Shown piece by piece: positions 58,945-64,000 of a stretch of 64,000 bases of DNA. The first letter of the stretch is position 1. Each line of letters opens with the position of its first letter. The notes under the pieces are model-generated. The model saw nothing but the letters and a program-made list of their open reading frames with translations. It had not been told where the DNA came from and did no database searches. The stretch comes from Bacteroidales bacterium. GTDB lineage: Bacteria > Bacteroidota > Bacteroidia > Bacteroidales > VadinHA17. The DNA is taken from assembly GCA_029974835.1 (NCBI GenBank), contig JARKQN010000102.1, positions 7,058 through 71,057 of the forward strand. Direction: 5' to 3'. Position numbers and translations under genes: made by a program.

Positions 58945-60270
58945 TTATCTTCTGGTACCTGTTGTAACGCCGCCGCCTGAAGACCCGGAAGAAACACCCG
59001 AAGAACCTGAAGAGGAGACCCCTGAGGAGCCTGATCCACCGCCAAAGGATCCGCCAATTGAACTTCTGGATGATGAGAAGTCGCTGCTTTCCCTTCTGCC
59101 TGAAGAGACAGAGTTAAAGTTTGAGAAAGAGCTTCTGCTGTTAACGGGAGCCGAATAGTCACCCGAAGTGGAGGGTGCTGAGTAAGAGCGTACGGTAGAG
59201 TATGATGAACTTCTTCTTTCGGCGGCACCGTAACCAGACTGAACGGAACGGATATTTGTAACGGAGTTGCTTCTTGATTCTCCGGCAATACTTCTCTGGT
59301 AAGTCTCGCCTGAAACTCTTGTGTTGTTATATGATGGCCGTTCGCTAAGTCTCGGGTTGTTATACGTCGGGGTATATGAGCGTGATACCTGGTTATATTC
59401 AGGCCTTGAAGTGGCGGTGCTTCTTGTGGAAGTTGAAGCATCACGCCTGTTCTGAACAGCTGTGGTTGCCGATTCACGGGTTGAACTGATGGCAGATTCT
59501 GTTCTTCTGACATTGGTAACGGCATCGGAGGAGGAAGTGGCTGAAGTTCTTCTGGATCCGTCTGAACTGATCACGGATGTGGTTCTTCCCCTTCCTTCTG
59601 CCGGAAGAGTGGAGTATGACTTGCTCACTGTGCTGTATCTTTCGCGTCTTCCAACTTCAACCGATGAGTATTTATTGCCACTGTAGTTGTAGTTATATGC
59701 AGGCCAGTAGTAGCCGGAATAGTAACCGAAAGAGAACGGGGAGTAGAAAGAGCTGTAGTAACCGCCGTAGTAGCCTCCGTAGTATCCGCCGTAATAGCCT
59801 CCGTAATAACCTCCATAGTAGAATGGATCATACAGTCCGCCCCAGTATGGGGTGTTATAATAATCGTAGAAGCCCCACGGGTACATGCTCCAGCTGAAGT
59901 AGAACGGGTCTCTCCAGTAAGGATATATTGAACTGCCGTAGAATCTTCTCAGCCGGTTGGAGTATGACCAGTCGTCGGCATACTCGAACGGGCTGTTGTC
60001 TTTATTATAGAATGTGGAGTTGTTGAAGTCGACATTCTCATTATACTGCTCGGCAAAGAGAGTATCACCCGAGTAGATATTATCGTAGTACTGATCCTGC
60101 TGGTTGTTACCCGGCAGATTACTGCTGGCAATTCTTTCAACAGCCACTTTTTTGTCTGAGGGCAGGAAATAAAGATCATCGTATTCACTTTGAGCTATCC
60201 TGCCTCCTGTTGAGCATGAACCAGCAACTGCTGCTGCTGCCAGAACCACTATGTACAATTTTGCTTTCAT
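58945..60270 (-). CDS. Tyr/Gly-rich lipoprotein with a Ser/Arg-rich disordered tail
   Basis: Lipobox AGSC, YDDLYF, YSNRLRRF, a (YYGG)5 tract and a low-complexity C-terminus. GGAGG SD at 60276-60280. Confidence 0.8.
   Translation of the reverse strand: MKAKLYIVVLAAAAVAGSCSTGGRIAQSEYDDLYFLPSDKKVAVERIASSNLPGNNQQDQYYDNIYSGDTLFAEQYNENVDFNNSTFYNKDNSPFEYADDWSYSNRLRRFYGSSIYPYWRDPFYFSWSMYPWGFYDYYNTPYWGGLYDPFYYGGYYGGYYGGYYGGYYGGYYSSFYSPFSFGYYSGYYWPAYNYNYSGNKYSSVEVGRRERYSTVSKSYSTLPAEGRGRTTSVISSDGSRRTSATSSSDAVTNVRRTESAISSTRESATTAVQNRRDASTSTRSTATSRPEYNQVSRSYTPTYNNPRLSERPSYNNTRVSGETYQRSIAGESRSNSVTNIRSVQSGYGAAERRSSSYSTVRSYSAPSTSGDYSAPVNSRSSFSNFNSVSSGRRESSDFSSSRSSIGGSFGGGSGSSGVSSSGSSGVSSGSSGGGVTTGTRR
59755..59820 (-). 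repeat. 12-bp imperfect tandem repeat encoding (YYGG)5YY
   Basis: Five 12-nt units plus a half unit, differing only at synonymous positions. Confidence 0.9.
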
Positions 60271-60349
60271 TTTTCCCTCCCCTTGGTTTTTTCTTTTATT
60301 AACTACAAATTTTGTACCAAATGTTCTTAAGTTTTTTTCCGTATCAGGA

Positions 60350-60357
60350 CAAATTTA
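60350..60357 (-). promoter_or_regulatory. -7 element TAAATTTG
   Basis: Exact TAnnTTTG, 79 nt upstream of the lipoprotein ATG. Confidence 0.5.
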
Positions 60358-60424
60358 ATAATTAATTTTTCTTTCGCAGTTGCATGTTTTTAAACAGTTT
60401 TTCTTACAGTTTGAGTCTGAAGCA

Positions 60425-61795
60425 TTACTTCCTTCTTGATCTGCTGTTTTCGTTCGAATTGCTTTTCGACGATGAGCTTTTGCTTTCCGATTTCTGGACA
60501 GAGGTGCTGCGTGAAGGCGTTGCCTTGCTTACATTACCCGAGGTGTTTCCCGAAGATCTTACCGGTCTAACTGCAGCATTTCCCGACGATTGTCTGTTCC
60601 CGGATGATACAGTGGTTCTGCTTCCTGAAGATACTGAAGGCCTTGAGCTTTCCTGAACCCTGGTATTGGTACCGGTGACGGTCCTGGAGTTGCCGGTGGA
60701 AGGTCTGGTGTTTACGGATGGTGTTACTGTTCCGTAGGTTCTCCTGTCCTGCGACTGGGTGGTTACCGACGGGCGGGCATTGCCCTGTCCCTGGTTAACC
60801 TGCCTGTTGTTGTACTGATTATTGTTGCTGTTACCTCTGCCGGGGTTATTTCCTGAATTCACGCCCCTGTTTACATTATTTGTATTGCCGGGGTCAGCGC
60901 TGTTATTGTTTCCCTGGTCGCCCTGATGAATATTTCCGCCCTGGTTGCCATGGTTTCCGGCCGGTACATTTCTCCTGCCGGGATTATTTCCTGAGTTAAC
61001 ACCCCTGTTTACATTATCGGTATTACCCGGGTTCAGGCTGTTATTATTACCCATGTCACCGTTTCTCTCACGGCTGTTAACCGGAGTCACTCTTCTTCCT
61101 GCATCCGCATTTCCAGGTGTTTCTGTGCGACCGGTGCTTATAGCGGTATTAGTCTCTCTCCGGTTGACGGATCCGGAAGTTGTTGTGACCGGGGGGGTGG
61201 TTCTTCGTGATATTGACGAAGCCCCGCTGCCTGTTCCGCCATGGTTATTATTGTAGTAGTAGTAATTGTATGTGTTGTAAACCGGCCTGTAGTCGTTGTA
61301 CCAGCGATTTCTTACGTTATAGCTGTAATAGTGTGTATGCGGCCACCACGATCCGATATTTATATTAATTACCACAGGCGAATACCACCAGTTGTAGTAA
61401 AACGGATCGTAGTTCCGGTACCAGGACCCTCCGTACCATCCATAATCCCATCCGGCGTACCACGGATAATCCCAGCTGTAGTAGACCGGGTAGTTGTATG
61501 CAATTCCCACACCGACACGTCCTCCGCCGTAAATCGTCAATCCCCATGTATAAGGCTGGTAGCTGTACCAGTATGTATCCGTGAATACAGGCGAGTAGTA
61601 GGAGAAGGTTGTGTAAGATCTGTGGAACCTGTTGATCCTCGATGAGTAGTAGAAGTCGTAGTTATAATAATTATTGATAACCAGTCCTGCATCATCGTTC
61701 CTGTAACTTCTTGAATCCGCAAACTGTTGCGCCTGGGCTCCGAGGCCTGCCGTCAGCAGGGCTCCTGTTATTCCTATGTAGATTATTGTTTTCAT
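60425..61795 (-). CDS. Exported Tyr/Trp-rich protein with an Asn/Gly- and Ser/Arg-rich disordered tail
   Basis: SPI signal ending in AQA|Q, YYSSRINRFH, an aromatic-rich N-half and a low-complexity C-half. GGGAGGT SD at 61801-61807. Confidence 0.8.
   Translation of the reverse strand: MKTIIYIGITGALLTAGLGAQAQQFADSRSYRNDDAGLVINNYYNYDFYYSSRINRFHRSYTTFSYYSPVFTDTYWYSYQPYTWGLTIYGGGRVGVGIAYNYPVYYSWDYPWYAGWDYGWYGGSWYRNYDPFYYNWWYSPVVININIGSWWPHTHYYSYNVRNRWYNDYRPVYNTYNYYYYNNNHGGTGSGASSISRRTTPPVTTTSGSVNRRETNTAISTGRTETPGNADAGRRVTPVNSRERNGDMGNNNSLNPGNTDNVNRGVNSGNNPGRRNVPAGNHGNQGGNIHQGDQGNNNSADPGNTNNVNRGVNSGNNPGRGNSNNNQYNNRQVNQGQGNARPSVTTQSQDRRTYGTVTPSVNTRPSTGNSRTVTGTNTRVQESSRPSVSSGSRTTVSSGNRQSSGNAAVRPVRSSGNTSGNVSKATPSRSTSVQKSESKSSSSKSNSNENSRSRRK
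60837..61048 (-). repeat. Imperfect ~74-bp direct duplication with a 138-bp period
   Basis: 60837-60910 versus 60975-61048, encoding NNNSADPGNTNNVNRGVNSGNNPGR and NNNSLNPGNTDNVNRGVNSGNNPGR. Confidence 0.85.
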
Positions 61796-61835
61796 GACAA
61801 ACCTCCCGGTTTTGGTTTTTATATCGAGTTTTCTC

Positions 61836-61843
61836 TATTTTTG
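61836..61843 (+). promoter_or_regulatory. -7 element TATTTTTG
   Basis: TAnnTTTG match upstream of proS. Confidence 0.5.
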
Positions 61844-61891
61844 CGCAGTTATTAATTTTTATACAAATAAAACAAATACCATACCAAAATA

Positions 61892-63367
61892 ATGGCTAAG
61901 TTTTTAACAAGCAGGGAAGAAAATTACTCTCAATGGTATAACGATCTGGTAATCAAGGCAGATCTGGCTGAGAATTCTGCGGTAAGAGGATGCATGGTGA
62001 TAAAGCCTTACGGTTATGCAATCTGGGAAAAGATACAGGCTGAGCTGGATCGCCTTTTCAAGGCTACCGGCCATGTGAACGCATATTTTCCGCTGTTTAT
62101 ACCAAAATCGTTCTTCAGCAGGGAAGCCGCACATGTTGAAGGATTTGCCAAGGAGTGCGCTGTGGTAACCCATTACAGGCTGAAGAACGATGAGTCGGGA
62201 AAGGGCATTGTAATTGACCCTGAGGCAAAACTGGAAGAAGAACTTGTGATAAGGCCCACCTCCGAAACAATAATATGGAATTCATACAAGAACTGGATTC
62301 AGTCGTACCGCGACCTGCCGATTCTTATCAACCAGTGGGCAAACGTGGTAAGATGGGAAATGAGAACCCGCCTGTTCCTCAGGACTGCCGAATTCCTTTG
62401 GCAGGAAGGTCATACCGCACACGCCACAGCCGGGGAGGCAATCGAAGAAGCCAGGAGAATGATAGACCTCTATGCCGGCTTTGCCGAAAACTCAATGGCA
62501 CTACCCGTTTATAAAGGGAGCAAGACCGAAAGCGAACGCTTTGCAGGTGCAATAGACACGATGGCTATTGAGGCATTGATGCAGGACGGCAAGGCGCTCC
62601 AGGCAGGCACCAGCCATTTTCTCGGGCAGAATTTTGCAAAAGCCTTTGACGTGAAATTTACCGACCAGGACGGAAAGCTTGATTACGTATGGGCAACTTC
62701 GTGGGGCGTTTCGACAAGACTAATGGGGGCTCTTATAATGGCCCATTCCGACAATAACGGCCTTATTCTGCCTCCGAAACTGGCACCCCTTCAGGTTGTG
62801 ATTATACCTATTTACAAGACGGGAAGCGATCTGGAAAAAATTTCGGAATACGCTGAAAAAATCAAAACCGACCTGGGAAAGGCCGGGTTAAGCGTGAAAT
62901 ATGACACAAGAGACACCCAGACACCGGGCTGGAAATTTGCAGATTACGAACTGAAGGGAGTGCCTGTCAGAATTGCAATCGGCCCGAGGGATATTGCAAA
63001 CAATACCGTTGAAATATCACGGCGCGATACTCTTGAAAAGAGCACTATACCCTTCACGGGAATTAAGGAGCATGTCACTGAACTTCTTGAAAAGATACAG
63101 GTCAATATCTACAACAAAGCCCTTGCCTTCCGGAACCAGAACACTCATTACTGCAACACATGGAAAGAGTTTAAGGAGATCATCAACGGCAAGGGAGGTT
63201 TCGTAATGGCACACTGGGACGGAACAGCAGAAACTGAAGCACGCATCAAGGAAGAAACCAAAGCCACAATAAGATGCATACCTTTCGATTCTGTCCCGGA
63301 AGAGGGAAAATGCATCTATTCGGGCAAACCATCATCCCGGAGAGTGTTGTTTGCAGTGGCATACTGA
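61892..63367 (+). CDS. proS: Prolyl-tRNA synthetase (archaeal/eukaryotic type)
   Basis: [43 protein letters not shown] and a C-terminal ATIRCIP...FAVAY. Confidence 0.98.
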   Translation: MAKFLTSREENYSQWYNDLVIKADLAENSAVRGCMVIKPYGYAIWEKIQAELDRLFKATGHVNAYFPLFIPKSFFSREAAHVEGFAKECAVVTHYRLKNDESGKGIVIDPEAKLEEELVIRPTSETIIWNSYKNWIQSYRDLPILINQWANVVRWEMRTRLFLRTAEFLWQEGHTAHATAGEAIEEARRMIDLYAGFAENSMALPVYKGSKTESERFAGAIDTMAIEALMQDGKALQAGTSHFLGQNFAKAFDVKFTDQDGKLDYVWATSWGVSTRLMGALIMAHSDNNGLILPPKLAPLQVVIIPIYKTGSDLEKISEYAEKIKTDLGKAGLSVKYDTRDTQTPGWKFADYELKGVPVRIAIGPRDIANNTVEISRRDTLEKSTIPFTGIKEHVTELLEKIQVNIYNKALAFRNQNTHYCNTWKEFKEIINGKGGFVMAHWDGTAETEARIKEETKATIRCIPFDSVPEEGKCIYSGKPSSRRVLFAVAY

Positions 63368-63508
63368 GACAAGACTGAACATAATTACCTTTAATTCCGC
63401 GTTCCATGCGGGAAGAATTCACCTTTCCATGATCATGACGGAATGTGTTTAATCCTATTATCAATAAAATTTCATATTTTAGTGACTTATTGACGAAAAG
63501 CTGCCTCA

Positions 63509-64000
63509 ATGACACAGGAATCCGAAGATAAAAAGACGGCAATTATCAGCATGCTTAAAGGCAAATCGCTCCTTAAGCAGAAGATTTACGACAATATGCT
63601 CCAGGTTTTTGAAACCCTTAAGGATATTCTCAGGGAGTTTGCCAGGGAAACAAATCATACCCTGAGCGGATCGGACAGCAGGATAAAGCTCGAATTTACC
63701 GACCGGGGAATATTTGATGCCCAGGTGAAAATAGCCGGTGACATTCTCCTTTTCAGCATGCATTCAAACATCTTCCTTTTCGACCGGGAGCATCCGGTCT
63801 GGAAAACACATTATGTTCAGCAAAACAAGCTTAACGCATACTGCGGTATAATAAACATATACAATTTCCTGGCCGACAGTTTCAAATATTCCCGTTTTGA
63901 TGATATCGGCTACCTCATTGCCAGGATATTCATCAACCACGAAAAGCAATTCATTGTTGAAGGTAAAAGACAAATGGGATTTCAACTGTCGCACTTTGGC
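63509..64000 (+). CDS. Conserved Bacteroidota hypothetical protein, 3'-truncated by the window edge
   Basis: Open from ATG 63509 to the end: MTQESEDKKTAIISMLKGKSLLKQKIYDN...IAGDILLFSMHSNIFLFD...CGIINIYNFLADSFKYSR...GYLIARIFINHEKQFIVEGKRQ. Confidence 0.8.
   Translation, partial: MTQESEDKKTAIISMLKGKSLLKQKIYDNMLQVFETLKDILREFARETNHTLSGSDSRIKLEFTDRGIFDAQVKIAGDILLFSMHSNIFLFDREHPVWKTHYVQQNKLNAYCGIINIYNFLADSFKYSRFDDIGYLIARIFINHEKQFIVEGKRQMGFQLSHFG

Noticed and set aside
58917-59525. 202-aa alternative-frame ORF within the Ser/Arg-rich tail
   Set aside because: The stop-poor low-complexity sequence explains the open frame; it has no signal peptide or independent start signal.
59755-59820. Tandem repeat as a possible CRISPR array or VNTR
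   Set aside because: It has a 12-nt unit with no spacers, is in-frame coding, and no cas genes are present.
1-64000. tRNA/rRNA genes, IS elements, integrases and prophage
   Set aside because: No cloverleaf or rRNA-like segments, transposase or integrase motifs, or terminal inverted repeats were recognised. The intergenic gaps are short. This was not confirmed computationally.

Overview
A 64-kb chromosomal window from an anaerobic Bacteroidota bacterium, probably an environmental Bacteroidales. Support: TAnnTTTG -7 promoter elements, mostly SD-less starts, DUF5063/DUF2795, a T9SS type-B CTD protein and an archaeal-type ProRS. It is mostly housekeeping: tex, rlmI, recQ, guaB with a PPIase/SurA/OstA cluster, pduO, recG, a complete rseC-rnfBCDGEA operon, zupT, tsaD, tamB, exbB/exbD/tolA-like, glyA, ClC, relA/spoT-fur-purA, an acyl-CoA ligase, pepD, mce and proS. 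I saw no tRNA/rRNA, CRISPR, IS or prophage. Two genes missing from the ORF track are added: a 53-aa rubredoxin (50600-50761, -) and a 3'-truncated conserved ORF (63509-64000, +). The best candidate for an undescribed system is at 51.3-56.7 kb. There, a complete nickel-pincer nucleotide (NPN) biosynthesis operon (larC-larE-larB) has no larA in the window and sits divergently from a Tat-exported DUF362 protein plus a membrane polyferredoxin. The DUF362 protein has an H-x9-K-x12-H arrangement that parallels the LarA NPN-binding residues, which suggests (inference) an exported, membrane-coupled NPN redox enzyme. The second candidate is at 57.4-61.8 kb: two related exported Tyr/Gly-rich proteins with disordered tails, co-oriented with a FadL/OmpP1-type barrel. 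All family assignments come from motif recognition by eye; no database searches were run.
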